A stretch of 60,831 nucleotides of DNA, the filler included. It is 4 parts of 4 records of this genome, joined end to end, with 100 filler letters (N's around TTAATTAATTAA, not from the genome) between each part and the next. Parts side by side here need not be neighbours in the genome. Positions count along the whole stretch, not along the records: positions 24,948 to 49,836 come from DRR723986_2416; 3 more parts are not named here. One strand, 5' to 3'. Each line of letters begins with the position of its first letter. Within the stretch, counting starts at the first letter, position 1. This document shows, one piece after another, positions 39,587-49,709 of this stretch. Position numbers and translations under genes: made by a program. The notes below the pieces were generated by a model. That model ran no database searches. It was given only the letters and a program-made list of their open reading frames with translations, and had not been told where the DNA came from.

Positions 39587-40517
39587 ATCCTGCGTTCGTA
39601 CTTTGGGCAATGTGTGACTCGATCAAGCCGGCGAGCACCTCAGGCTGATCGTGATGAACCATGTGTCCAGCATGGTCAACGACCACATGCCTCCAGTTGG
39701 GCACGCAGTTGAACCGGGTACGGAACGCATCAAAATCAACGGGCTCACCGGCGCGGCTCAACCACATGCCTGCCTCGGTCTGTTTGGCTTCGACATGCAA
39801 CACCGGCGCTGCAATATTGCTCCAACAGGCTTGCGCCTCTGCCAACCTGTAACCAATTGGATTCATGATTTTGTGCGCAGCATCGCCCAGCAAGCTGTAA
39901 CCGTCATTCCCCACCCGGCTCCAGAACTGCGCCAAATACATGGCCTTCTCGTCGCTCAGCCGGTGGTTGGTTTTCTGCAAACGCCTGGCCACTGCCTCCA
40001 GGCTGCTGTAAGTGCGCAGTTCTTTGGGTGTTTTAATTTCATCGAGCCAATTGGAATAGCGCTTGGGTGCTTTTTCAGGCGGTGAATCGAGCATGCCAAA
40101 ACCTTCCAGATTCACCACACTGCGAATACGCTGTGGTCGAACACCTGCATACATCATGGCAATGTTTCCACCCATGCTATGCCCGACAAGGTTCACTGGC
40201 TGTGTGGGCGAGAGGTGATCCAGCAAAGCGTCCAGATCGGCCAGATAATCCGGAAACCAGTAAGAGCGAATGCCGGGCGAGCCGTCGGCTACCGGCCAAT
40301 CACTCAAACCAAACCCCCGCCAGTCCGGAGCGACAACACGGTATTCCTGTTTCAATGCATCCACAACAAACTGGTAGCTTGCTCCCACATCCATCCAGCC
40401 GTGAACCATCACCAGCAAAGGCGCATCTTCCGGGCCCCAGCAATGCAGGTGGGTGCGCAGACCGCGCAAGTCCAGGTAGTGCGATTCGTGGGTTTTCAAG
40501 GGTATGTAGCTGTTCAC
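39585..40517 (-). CDS. Alpha/beta hydrolase
   Basis: HGWMD, PDWRGFGLS, GHSMGG, AGHMVHHDQP. Confidence 0.9.
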   Translation of the reverse strand: MNSYIPLKTHESHYLDLRGLRTHLHCWGPEDAPLLVMVHGWMDVGASYQFVVDALKQEYRVVAPDWRGFGLSDWPVADGSPGIRSYWFPDYLADLDALLDHLSPTQPVNLVGHSMGGNIAMMYAGVRPQRIRSVVNLEGFGMLDSPPEKAPKRYSNWLDEIKTPKELRTYSSLEAVARRLQKTNHRLSDEKAMYLAQFWSRVGNDGYSLLGDAAHKIMNPIGYRLAEAQACWSNIAAPVLHVEAKQTEAGMWLSRAGEPVDFDAFRTRFNCVPNWRHVVVDHAGHMVHHDQPEVLAGLIESHIAQSTNAG

Positions 40518-40990
40518 TGATTATTCTCTTTTTGGTTTTTTCGATTCTGTTGATTTGCCAAGGCTTGCTCAAAAGTAGTCAACACCTGGTTTGGCATTGG
40601 CACGACTTTGCTCAGGTTGTAATTAAAAAATACAAAACCCGACTTGGCCAATGCAATTAATCGACCATCCGCAGGGCGTGTGATTCTAAAAACAATATCG
40701 CAACCGTACTTGTTGAAATCCATCAACCCCACCTCAAACAAAAGCTGATCTCGGGCATGGGCCTCGCTTTTGTACATGGTGGCCAGGTCGGTCACAATGA
40801 TGCCGGTTTTGTCCTCGGACAGTTCAGGCACCCCCATCTGAAACAAGAAGCGCGCACGTGCCTCCGAGATCATGGAAATCATGGAATCGTTGGCAAGGTG
40901 GTTGCCCGCATTGATGTCCGTGATGCGAACCGTCAAGGTTGTGCTGAAAACAAAGTTCTCGTCCGGGAAGTCCAGTTGAAGGCGCGCCAT
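40514..40990 (-). CDS. Thioesterase (hotdog fold, FcbC/YbgC-like)
   Basis: VRITDINAGNHLAND....ISEARARF. Confidence 0.85.
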   Translation of the reverse strand: MARLQLDFPDENFVFSTTLTVRITDINAGNHLANDSMISMISEARARFLFQMGVPELSEDKTGIIVTDLATMYKSEAHARDQLLFEVGLMDFNKYGCDIVFRITRPADGRLIALAKSGFVFFNYNLSKVVPMPNQVLTTFEQALANQQNRKNQKENNQ

Positions 40991-41142
40991 GGATCAACAG
41001 TCAGTGTGAGGTGAGTGTTCAAAGTGTATGCGATATGCCCCCAACTTGAATTTGACACCATGCTCTAAACGGGAAAGAAAAACTGTCGAATTCGAATTTT
41101 CAACATATCATTCATCAAAACTTAATAAAACTGGAGACTTGC

Positions 41143-41355
41143 ATGCCCAAACTGGACCCCGCATTGATCGACGCACTGGGTGAGCCCATGCCCGAGCTGG
41201 AGCAGCTCAGAACCGCCAGTCAAAAGAAACTGGCCGCCGACCTGGCCGCTGCACACCAAGCCCACGACGCATTCTTGAAGCAAAGCATGGACAACGCGCT
41301 GGAGCACATTCCCCGCCTGCTGCGTGGCACTGTTAAAAAAATTCTGGGACTGTAA
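41143..41355 (+). CDS. Small helical hypothetical protein (70 aa)
   Basis: RBS GGAG; 3 nt upstream of the next gene. Confidence 0.75.
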   Translation: MPKLDPALIDALGEPMPELEQLRTASQKKLAADLAAAHQAHDAFLKQSMDNALEHIPRLLRGTVKKILGL

Positions 41356-41358
41356 ATC

Positions 41359-42138
41359 ATGGACAGAAACACTGAACTACGCCGTTTAGCACAAGCACTG
41401 CACAAATCTGCCGATGAACTGGCCTACCTGGACAAACTGGATGCTTTGGCTCTACAAAAATTGCGAACCAATTTCCAGAACAGCCTGCTGAACAAGTTCG
41501 GCCCGGTATTCGAGCGGATTGCAGGCGCAGGCAAACTGGCACCCGACTCCATCAGTGCCACACTGTGTACCAAGGTGTTTGGCCCTGCCATCACTGCGAA
41601 TATGTCGTACTTCACGCCCATGAGCAAGGCGATCAGCCTGTGCAAACTGTTTGATGCCGACTTCATGGCTGAAGTGGCACGCGAGCAGATTCCTGAGCGG
41701 GCAGTGGATATGCTCTCGGATCTGCCGGTTGAGCAATTGAAGAAAGTTGCTGCCAAACTGGTCGAGCATGGTGACTTTCATGTACTGGGCGGTTTTACGG
41801 ATTACATTCCTGAGAAGAAAGCCATCGAGATCATGGAAGTGATCAAAGACCCGGCTGCCAACCTGCACATTTCGTTTTATGCACAACGCAAGGACCGCAT
41901 TGCCAAGCTGGCCAACATGCTGAACGACGAAAAATTGATTGAACTGATTGCCGCTGCGTTTTCAGATGAAAACCTGTTGGTTGAAGTCGGTTTGATTACC
42001 GCCGAAATGGACGATAAAGCACAAGTTCGAATGGCCAAGCTCACCGACAAGGTGAACAAAGCCTATCGCAACCTGGCCAGGACCAAAGCAGATGAACTGG
42101 GTTATGCGGATCGAATGAAGGCCTATTTCGCGGCCTGA
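41359..42138 (+). CDS. Helical hypothetical protein (259 aa)
   Basis: Long ORF with host-like codon use; co-oriented with the 70-aa gene. Confidence 0.8.
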   Translation: MDRNTELRRLAQALHKSADELAYLDKLDALALQKLRTNFQNSLLNKFGPVFERIAGAGKLAPDSISATLCTKVFGPAITANMSYFTPMSKAISLCKLFDADFMAEVAREQIPERAVDMLSDLPVEQLKKVAAKLVEHGDFHVLGGFTDYIPEKKAIEIMEVIKDPAANLHISFYAQRKDRIAKLANMLNDEKLIELIAAAFSDENLLVEVGLITAEMDDKAQVRMAKLTDKVNKAYRNLARTKADELGYADRMKAYFAA

Positions 42139-42249
42139 GGCCCAGGATCTATAACAATTGTAAACGAGGCGATTAAACCACTGTAATCAGCAGATGATCG
42201 ACTGATTGGCAAGACTACTCTGAGCGCAAAGTAATGAGCCTTGCCCACC

Positions 42250-44685
42250 ATGTCCTCAAACAAAACATTTGCCAACTGTAGCAACAAGCAATCCTCACTT
42301 GGGTTGTTGCCTTGGCTAATTGGTGTGGCTCTCAGCGCTTGCGTGTTGAGTCTGGTGCTGTTCAATTCCATCCAACAGCAAAGTGAGGCTCAACGCGTCA
42401 AAGCAGAGGTGCGCTATACCCTGGACCACCACGCCAACAAACTCGACAAGATTGTGGGCAAGGCCAGTGCCAACTTGCACTCCATTGAGGTATTTGTACG
42501 GCAAACTCCCGAGCTGAACCAGACCAGTTTCGAGCGCTTCTCCACGCTACTTTCGGTCGAAAACCCCGCCATTCGTAGTCTGCAATACGCACCTGACGGA
42601 ATACTCACATTCCTGACCAACCCCGCATTGAACCAGAGTGCGATTGGGTTGAATCTTTACAAAGCCCCAATGACTGCCCCTTATCTCGAAGAGGCAGCCC
42701 TGACCGGCAAAACCATCATGGAAGGGCCGCGTGAACTCGTTCAGGGCGGCAATGCCCTGATTCTTCGATACCCGGTTTATCGCCAACGCAACGCCGGCAG
42801 CAATCGCGACTTGATGGGCTTTGCTGCCGTATTGATCGATTTTGAGTACGTGAAGCAAACGGTGATCGAGCCCCTGGAACAGCAAGGGCTGATTGTACGT
42901 ATTCAGCAAAAAAGCCCCATGCATGCTGATTGGGTGCCTATTCATGGCAATCCTGTTCTGCGGTTAATCGATCCCATTTCATCGACCGTTTTTTTTCCGT
43001 ATGGCGAATGGGCCATTGAAGTTGTGCCCAAGCAAGGATGGAGCCCCGCTGTCGGCATTCATCCTTTTCTTGTGCTGCTTGCGGCGATTACCATGGCCGT
43101 CGTCATCTGGATGTCCGTCCATGAATACCGGTCACGCGAAGCGATGCACGCAGCTTACGAATTGGCAAAATCAGCCAACGAACTGAAAGACAAACTGATT
43201 GCCAACGTGTCGCATGAAATCCGGACACCGCTGACATCGATCAACAGCATTGCAATGATGCTGGATACCCCAGCCTATTCCACCGAGGTGCAGGATTTGG
43301 GCAAGGCAATCAAACAATCCAGCGAAGCAGTCAATGTGATTGTCAATGATCTTCTGGATCTTTCCAAAATTCGACAGGGATACTTTCGACTCAATCACGG
43401 CAGTTTCCAGCTCGCGACCCTGGTCGACAACACCGCAAACATGTTGCAACAGCAATGGCTTCAAAAACCTGGAGTGGAACCTATTCTTCTGGAGCCATCG
43501 CCCAGCCGAACTCACTATCTGGGTGACCGAGGCCGAATTGAACAGGTGATCCAGAATCTGATTTCCAACGCATTCAAGTTCACGATGTTCGGAAGCGTGA
43601 AAGTAAGAATTTATGTAGTCACCGAGAGCCGAGAACGCGACCAACTCATTGTCGAAGTCTCTGACACAGGCGTGGGTATTCCCCAAAACGACATTGAGCG
43701 GATTTTCGATGCGTTCTACCAGGTGGACTCCTCACTTCAGAAGCGCTACAACGGAGCAGGGCTTGGCCTCGCTATCTGCCGGCAAATCATCGAGGTAATG
43801 GGAGGAACGATACAGGTTCAAAGCAAACCCAATCTGGGCACTCAATTTGAATTTCGCGTACCGCTCGAACATGGCGAACAACAGCAGGATCAAAGGGATT
43901 CTCAGACCAATCCAGGCAACCGGATATTGCTACATGTCGGGGACATGGCCTTGGACCCTCATCTTGCGACTTGCCTGGAGCCTGATTGGCAGGTCCGCTT
44001 TCTTCAACGTAACAGCAACAGCGACAAGATTTTGCCGAGACACGACAATGCCCGTGTATTGCTGGACATACCTGAACCGCTGAGTACGGACAAATTGGAC
44101 TGGCTGGACCAGTTTCTGGACACGCAACAGCATTTGACCCAACACATGGTGTGGCTTGGCAAGGAGTTGCCCGCAGTTGCGGAAAAGCACCACATTCGTC
44201 TGCTCATGAAACCTCTGACACGGCAACGCTTAAGCCGTGCCTATGAACAGGACCACAGGGAACGACTTTCTTCAGTTGAATCAGCAGGCCTTGACCCCAT
44301 GCACTTGCTGCTGGCTGAAGACAATTCACTGAATGCCAAGGTATTCAAAAAGTTACTGGAGAATCGGGGCATTTCGGTGACCTGTGTCAGTAACGGGGCG
44401 GATGCCCTGGCCCTGCTCACCAGTGGAAGTGCCAGGTTTGATGCCGTGCTCATGGATCTGCAGATGCCCGTCATGGACGGCCTGGAGGCAACCCGACTAA
44501 TCCGCCGGCACCCGGAGCTGCAAGGGCTGCCAGTGTATGCGGTCTCTGGCCATGTCAGCAACAGCATGAAAGAGGAATGTCTACACATTGGTTTCACGAA
44601 CTTCATCACCAAGCCATTTGATCCAGACGTGTTGATCGACGACATTCGCGCCCGACTCCAACAACAATCAGATTCACCAGATTGA
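42250..44685 (+). CDS. CHASE-domain hybrid sensor histidine kinase
   Basis: TM-CHASE-like (GPRELVQGG..LILRYPVY)-TM; SHEIRTPL H-box; NLISNAFKFT, DTGVGI, GAGLGL; receiver AEDN..MDLQMPVMDG..KP. Confidence 0.9.
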   Translation: MSSNKTFANCSNKQSSLGLLPWLIGVALSACVLSLVLFNSIQQQSEAQRVKAEVRYTLDHHANKLDKIVGKASANLHSIEVFVRQTPELNQTSFERFSTLLSVENPAIRSLQYAPDGILTFLTNPALNQSAIGLNLYKAPMTAPYLEEAALTGKTIMEGPRELVQGGNALILRYPVYRQRNAGSNRDLMGFAAVLIDFEYVKQTVIEPLEQQGLIVRIQQKSPMHADWVPIHGNPVLRLIDPISSTVFFPYGEWAIEVVPKQGWSPAVGIHPFLVLLAAITMAVVIWMSVHEYRSREAMHAAYELAKSANELKDKLIANVSHEIRTPLTSINSIAMMLDTPAYSTEVQDLGKAIKQSSEAVNVIVNDLLDLSKIRQGYFRLNHGSFQLATLVDNTANMLQQQWLQKPGVEPILLEPSPSRTHYLGDRGRIEQVIQNLISNAFKFTMFGSVKVRIYVVTESRERDQLIVEVSDTGVGIPQNDIERIFDAFYQVDSSLQKRYNGAGLGLAICRQIIEVMGGTIQVQSKPNLGTQFEFRVPLEHGEQQQDQRDSQTNPGNRILLHVGDMALDPHLATCLEPDWQVRFLQRNSNSDKILPRHDNARVLLDIPEPLSTDKLDWLDQFLDTQQHLTQHMVWLGKELPAVAEKHHIRLLMKPLTRQRLSRAYEQDHRERLSSVESAGLDPMHLLLAEDNSLNAKVFKKLLENRGISVTCVSNGADALALLTSGSARFDAVLMDLQMPVMDGLEATRLIRRHPELQGLPVYAVSGHVSNSMKEECLHIGFTNFITKPFDPDVLIDDIRARLQQQSDSPD

Positions 44686-44692
44686 GATACGC

Positions 44693-46444
44693 GTGATGAA
44701 ACAATTATCCGGAAACTGGATGTATGCAGTTGTGCTGTGTTTGCTTGGCACGGGCCTGAGCCTCGCGATCGGAATCACACTGCAAAACAAGGCCATCGAA
44801 CACCAGCGCCTTGCATTTGAACACCTGCTGGACAGGCGCACCGACGAACTCCAGCAAACCGTGGATGAGTACAAGTTGAGCCTTTTGAATACAGCGACTT
44901 TCATCTCGGCATTTGGTTTGCAAGAACTGACTCCATCGCGATTTCGCGACTATGTTGCAGGCCTGAATTTGGGAGAGAATTTTCCGGGCGCACTTGGTCT
45001 GGGTTTTGCGCGAAAGGTCCCCTTGAAAGAGGAGTCCAGATTTCTTCAGGAAATGAACGCACTAGGACTGAAAGATTTTCAAATCCGGTTGATCAGTCCC
45101 TCTTCACAGGACCGCTTCGTGATGCAGTACATCGAACCCGCCAAGGAAAATGACTCTGCGCAGGGTCTCGATTTGGGCTCCGAAAAAATTCGTCGCGAGA
45201 ACTGCCTGAGCTCCTTTTCAAGAGCAGGATTGGCGGTCTCAAAACCCATCACCATGATTCAGAACGCCGATGTCGGACGCATGGGATTTACGATGCTGAT
45301 GCCCGTGTTCGACAAACCAGTACCCTCCGGTGATCTAGGTATTCGCTATGAGGAATTGCTGGGTTGGGTGTCTTTTCCTGTTTCAATTGATCGCTTTCTG
45401 AAACCCTGGATCGCTCAGGAGCCGGGATTGCAGGTGAGGATTTTCATTCTTGAAGAGGCCAACAAGCCAATCCTTTTTTTTGACAATGTTGAACCCAAAA
45501 ATGTCACCCTGTTTCCGCATCTGGCGACAACACGCGACGTACAACTTGGCAACCGCAGTTGGCGACTAGAGTATTGGCCTAGCGAACCGAGTAGTGGGAG
45601 TGAGTACAACCCGATTTATCTGGCCTGGATGATATTTGGTATGGCATTGAGCGTTTTTGCCGCATTCAGGCTGAAAAAAGCGATGGACACCCGCGATTCA
45701 CTCAATTTGCATGAACAGATGGTCAACAACGCCTCAGAGGCGCTCATTGCCGAAGATTCACAGGGAAGGATTCAGCTTTGGAACCGGGCTGCAGAAGAGC
45801 TGTTCGGACTGGACCGGGCTAGCGTTCTCAATGATCAAGAGCACAACCTGACAGTGCCCGAAGAACTTCAATCCTCCGAAAAACGACTTCATCAACGTGC
45901 AGCTCAGGGAGAGTCGTTAAAAAACATCCAGACAGTACGAACGAATGACTCGGCCCAACGGATTCACCTGCGGATGAATTTGTCCCCGGTCTACGGCCAC
46001 GACAGGAAATTGATCGGGTACACCAAATCATACCGAGATGAGACCGAGGCCCGCATGCTCTGGAAAGACATGCATTCATTGGAAGAACTGATTGCCCACG
46101 CCCCCGATGGAGTCATTACCCTCGATGAATCGCGCAGGATAAAACTGGCCAACCCGGCGGCCCTGTTGTTGTTACAAGGAGCGAACCTTAAATCCACGCT
46201 CAACGGACAAAAAATGACTGACCTGCTGGCACCTGAAGTGTTGACCGAGTTTGAACAGGAAGTGCTGAACCCCCTGTACCGAAACAGAAAGGTGGAAGTA
46301 TTGTTCAACTGGCCAGTGCCTGGGCACATGGAGCAAACCCCCTTGCTTTTCAGGGGATTCGTGTTGAACTATCCGGATCTGGGTGAATCAGTTTGGACTC
46401 TTCGCTTTGAAAAAAGAAACAGGCCGTACACAATTGACAACTAA
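44693..46444 (+). CDS. CHASE-PAS-PAS membrane sensor without output domain
   Basis: TM, CHASE-like (FPGALGLGF, YIEP..N..A.GLDL.SE..RR), TM, PAS (WNRAAEELFG), PAS (APDGVITLD..ANPAA), then stop. Confidence 0.8.
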   Translation: MMKQLSGNWMYAVVLCLLGTGLSLAIGITLQNKAIEHQRLAFEHLLDRRTDELQQTVDEYKLSLLNTATFISAFGLQELTPSRFRDYVAGLNLGENFPGALGLGFARKVPLKEESRFLQEMNALGLKDFQIRLISPSSQDRFVMQYIEPAKENDSAQGLDLGSEKIRRENCLSSFSRAGLAVSKPITMIQNADVGRMGFTMLMPVFDKPVPSGDLGIRYEELLGWVSFPVSIDRFLKPWIAQEPGLQVRIFILEEANKPILFFDNVEPKNVTLFPHLATTRDVQLGNRSWRLEYWPSEPSSGSEYNPIYLAWMIFGMALSVFAAFRLKKAMDTRDSLNLHEQMVNNASEALIAEDSQGRIQLWNRAAEELFGLDRASVLNDQEHNLTVPEELQSSEKRLHQRAAQGESLKNIQTVRTNDSAQRIHLRMNLSPVYGHDRKLIGYTKSYRDETEARMLWKDMHSLEELIAHAPDGVITLDESRRIKLANPAALLLLQGANLKSTLNGQKMTDLLAPEVLTEFEQEVLNPLYRNRKVEVLFNWPVPGHMEQTPLLFRGFVLNYPDLGESVWTLRFEKRNRPYTIDN

Positions 46445-46612
46445 TTTTATTCACTTAAATCAATATTATACGATTATAGAAAGATAACTCTAACTTCACA
46501 TATTGATTTTTAGTGCACAACTGTACACAATATAAACCATGCAAACACAACACAGTTTGCAGGGTTAAAGCGAAAGCCCTGATTTCGCATCCAAAGTAAA
46601 AGGGATACCAAA

Positions 46613-46837
46613 ATGAAAAACTTTATCGACTCCGTAGTTCGCACACCTGGCATGTTGTTTATGGCGATGTTGACCACTGGCTTCACAATCAACGCTGGTG
46701 TTCAGTACCTCAACGGCACCAACCTTGAGGGCCCGAATTTGTTGGCTGCTGGTTGCTTGGTGGTTGGTCAGGTTGCCTTGGCCGTGGTTCACCAGTTGCG
46801 CCGCTGCGCTCAGGACAACAAACTGACTTTGCAATAA
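46613..46837 (+). CDS. Small two-TM hypothetical protein
   Basis: RBS AAGGGA; two hydrophobic segments. Confidence 0.6.
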   Translation: MKNFIDSVVRTPGMLFMAMLTTGFTINAGVQYLNGTNLEGPNLLAAGCLVVGQVALAVVHQLRRCAQDNKLTLQ

Positions 46838-47028
46838 TGAGTTTGGTGATGACGCGGCAAGGGTTTTTGCTTGAAAGCACAGCAAACAACCCTGCCGCCC
46901 TCGCCACAATCTAGATCCCCTGACAATTCCCCTCCCCGCGCTGTCACAATCCAGTCTTAAATCTGTCAAACGCAGGCAACACTGCCGCAACACACTGCTC
47001 GCATTGATCACTCATCAAAGCAAAGCAC

Positions 47029-48447
47029 ATGCGCGTCTCTATCATTGGCAGTGGATATGTTGGTTTGGTTACAGCCGCCTGTTTGGCTGAAGTGGGCAAC
47101 AAAATTTTGTGTTGCGACATCGACGCCGCCAAGATCACTCAGCTTCAGAATGGGCAAAGCCCGATTTACGAACCTGGTCTGGATGAATTGCTCGAACGCA
47201 ACATTCGCGAGCAACGCTTGGATTTCACCACCCGAATTGAAGACGCGGTAAACCACGCCGAACTGATTTTTATTTGCGTGGGCACGCCGCCTCGGGAGGA
47301 TGGCAGCGCTGATTTGCGCCATGTGGTTAAAGTAGCCCAGCAAATTGCCACACACATGAACGGCTTTAAGGTCATCATCAACAAATCGACTGTGCCTGTG
47401 GGTACCGGCGAGCGAGTGGCCGATGAAGTGCGCCGCATGCTGGTGCAACGCAATGCCCTGCATGCCTTCACAGTGGTATCGAACCCTGAATTTTTGAAAG
47501 AAGGTGCAGCGATTGACGATTTTCTGCGCCCGGACCGCATCGTGCTGGGCACCGACAACACACCTGCAGGTCAGCGCGCCCTGCGAATGATGAAGTCGCT
47601 GTACGCCCCATTTCAGCGCCACCATGAGCGACTGATGTGCATGGATGTTCGCTCTGCTGAATTGACCAAATACGCCGCCAACGCCATGCTGGCTACCCGC
47701 ATCAGCTTCATGAACGAGCTGGCCAACCTTGCTGAAAAAATCGGTGCTGACATTGAACAGGTGCGCGCGGGCATTGGCTCGGATCCCCGCATTGGTTTTT
47801 CCTTTTTGTACGCAGGTTGTGGTTACGGTGGGTCCTGCTTCCCCAAGGATGTCCGCGCACTGATCCAGACAGGCGAGGAAGCGGGCGAGAACCTGTCCAT
47901 TTTGCGGGCTGTCCACCACAGCAACCAGCGTCAAAAACGTGTGCTGGTTGAGAAAATCATTCAGCGCTTCGGCGAAGACCTCAGCGACATGACCTTTGCC
48001 ATGTGGGGGCTGGCCTTCAAGCCGGAAACCGATGACATGCGTGAGGCCAGCAGCCGCACCATTGCCGCGGAACTGGTACTTCGGGGTGCCAAAGTTCAGG
48101 CCTTTGACCCGGTGGCCAACGAAACTGCGCGCCGCGCCATGGAAGAAGACTTGGCCGCATTCCGGCAAGACGGCCCCTTACTGGGCGAATTCGAAATTGC
48201 TAAAACCCAAGAAGAAACCTTGTTCAATGCAGATGCCTTGATTGTGTGTACCGAATGGCGCATGTTCAAAAGCCCAGACTTCTTGATGTTGAGCCGCACA
48301 CTGCGCCAAAAGGCTGTGTTCGACGGCCGAAACCTGTATGACCCGGCACTGCTGGCGGATTATGGCTTGATTTACGAAGGAATTGGCCGCAGGGCCGAAC
48401 CGGCGGATCAGGGTATGTCCGTGGAACAAATGCGCTTGGCGTCTTAA
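47029..48447 (+). CDS. ugd: UDP-glucose 6-dehydrogenase
   Basis: GSGYVGL, KSTVPVGT, SNPEFLKEG, GYGGSCFPKD, FKPETDDMRE. Confidence 0.95.
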   Translation: MRVSIIGSGYVGLVTAACLAEVGNKILCCDIDAAKITQLQNGQSPIYEPGLDELLERNIREQRLDFTTRIEDAVNHAELIFICVGTPPREDGSADLRHVVKVAQQIATHMNGFKVIINKSTVPVGTGERVADEVRRMLVQRNALHAFTVVSNPEFLKEGAAIDDFLRPDRIVLGTDNTPAGQRALRMMKSLYAPFQRHHERLMCMDVRSAELTKYAANAMLATRISFMNELANLAEKIGADIEQVRAGIGSDPRIGFSFLYAGCGYGGSCFPKDVRALIQTGEEAGENLSILRAVHHSNQRQKRVLVEKIIQRFGEDLSDMTFAMWGLAFKPETDDMREASSRTIAAELVLRGAKVQAFDPVANETARRAMEEDLAAFRQDGPLLGEFEIAKTQEETLFNADALIVCTEWRMFKSPDFLMLSRTLRQKAVFDGRNLYDPALLADYGLIYEGIGRRAEPADQGMSVEQMRLAS

Positions 48448-48517
48448 AATTTGGCGTCTTTGCCTTTATCATTGCGCAAGAGATAGAACACACCATCATC
48501 CACCCAGGACGAGCGCA

Positions 48518-49642
48518 ATGATCAAGGTAGCCATCAGCGGCACGGGACTTTTCGTGCCCAGCCAAACCATCACCAACGATGAATTGGTGGAGTCATTCAA
48601 TGCCTACGTGGCGAAGTTCAACGAAGAGCATGCGGTTGAAATTGCCAGCGGAGAACTTCAGCCACTTCAGCCTTCCAACTCGGCCTTCATTGAGAGCGCA
48701 TCCGGGATCAAGCAACGCTATGTGATGGAGAAGGAAGGCATTCTGAACCCGGATCGCCTGCACCCTTATTTCAAGGAACGACCAAATTCTGAACTGTCGA
48801 TGATGGCAGAAATTGCCGTGGACGCTGGCCGCAAAGCGATTGACGACGCAGGACTTACCGCCGCAGACATTGATGCCGTGATTTGTTCAGCTTCGAACAT
48901 GCAACGCGCCTACCCGGCCATGGCCATTGAAATCCAGGAAGCCTTGGGCATCGAAGGTTTCGGCTACGACATGAATGTGGCCTGTTCTTCTGCCACTTTC
49001 GGGATTGAGCAGGCGGTGAACGCAGTGCGCAGCGGCACAGCCCGTGCGGTGTTGATGGTGAACCCTGAAATTACCTCGGGCCACCAGGCTTGGCTGGATC
49101 GCGACTGTCACTTTATCTTTGGTGATGTGTGCACCGCGGTCATTGTGCAACGCCTTGAGGATGCCAAACCGGGCAGTTGGGAAGTACTGGGCACCAAATT
49201 GGCCACCAAATTCTCGAACAACATTCGCAACAACTTTGGTTTTCTGAACCGCTCGGAAGACGCTAATCCGAATGCGCGTGACAAGCTGTTCATTCAGGAA
49301 GGCCGCAAAGTGTTCAAGGAAGTCTGCCCCATGGCTGCCGAGCACATGAGCACCCATTTGCAAAGTCTGGGTTTGAGTTCGGCCACTGATGTGCGCCGCT
49401 ATTGGCTGCACCAGGCCAACCTGGCCATGAACCAGTTGATTGCCAAAAAACTGCTGGGCAGCAGTGAATTCACGGCCGACAAAGCACCTGTCATTCTCGA
49501 TGAATTCGCCAATACCGCCTCGGCGGGTTCTGTGATCGCGTTTCACCGCCACAAAGATGACTTGGGCAGCGGCGATGTGGGCGTGATCTGCTCCTTCGGC
49601 GCGGGTTATTCAATTGGCAGCGTGGTGGTTCGGAAGACCTGA
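48518..49642 (+). CDS. Beta-ketoacyl-ACP synthase III (long FabH-like, PA3286 type)
   Basis: Start re-set to MIKVAISGTG; DMNVACSSATF, FIFGD, LHQAN, ANTASAG, CSFGAGYS. Confidence 0.9.
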   Translation: MIKVAISGTGLFVPSQTITNDELVESFNAYVAKFNEEHAVEIASGELQPLQPSNSAFIESASGIKQRYVMEKEGILNPDRLHPYFKERPNSELSMMAEIAVDAGRKAIDDAGLTAADIDAVICSASNMQRAYPAMAIEIQEALGIEGFGYDMNVACSSATFGIEQAVNAVRSGTARAVLMVNPEITSGHQAWLDRDCHFIFGDVCTAVIVQRLEDAKPGSWEVLGTKLATKFSNNIRNNFGFLNRSEDANPNARDKLFIQEGRKVFKEVCPMAAEHMSTHLQSLGLSSATDVRRYWLHQANLAMNQLIAKKLLGSSEFTADKAPVILDEFANTASAGSVIAFHRHKDDLGSGDVGVICSFGAGYSIGSVVVRKT

Positions 49643-49709
49643 ACGCTGCATGCCCTGGCCCATGCGCGGCCAAGCTTCGGTGTGGGTGCCCACATCACCT
49701 TGCCTAAGC

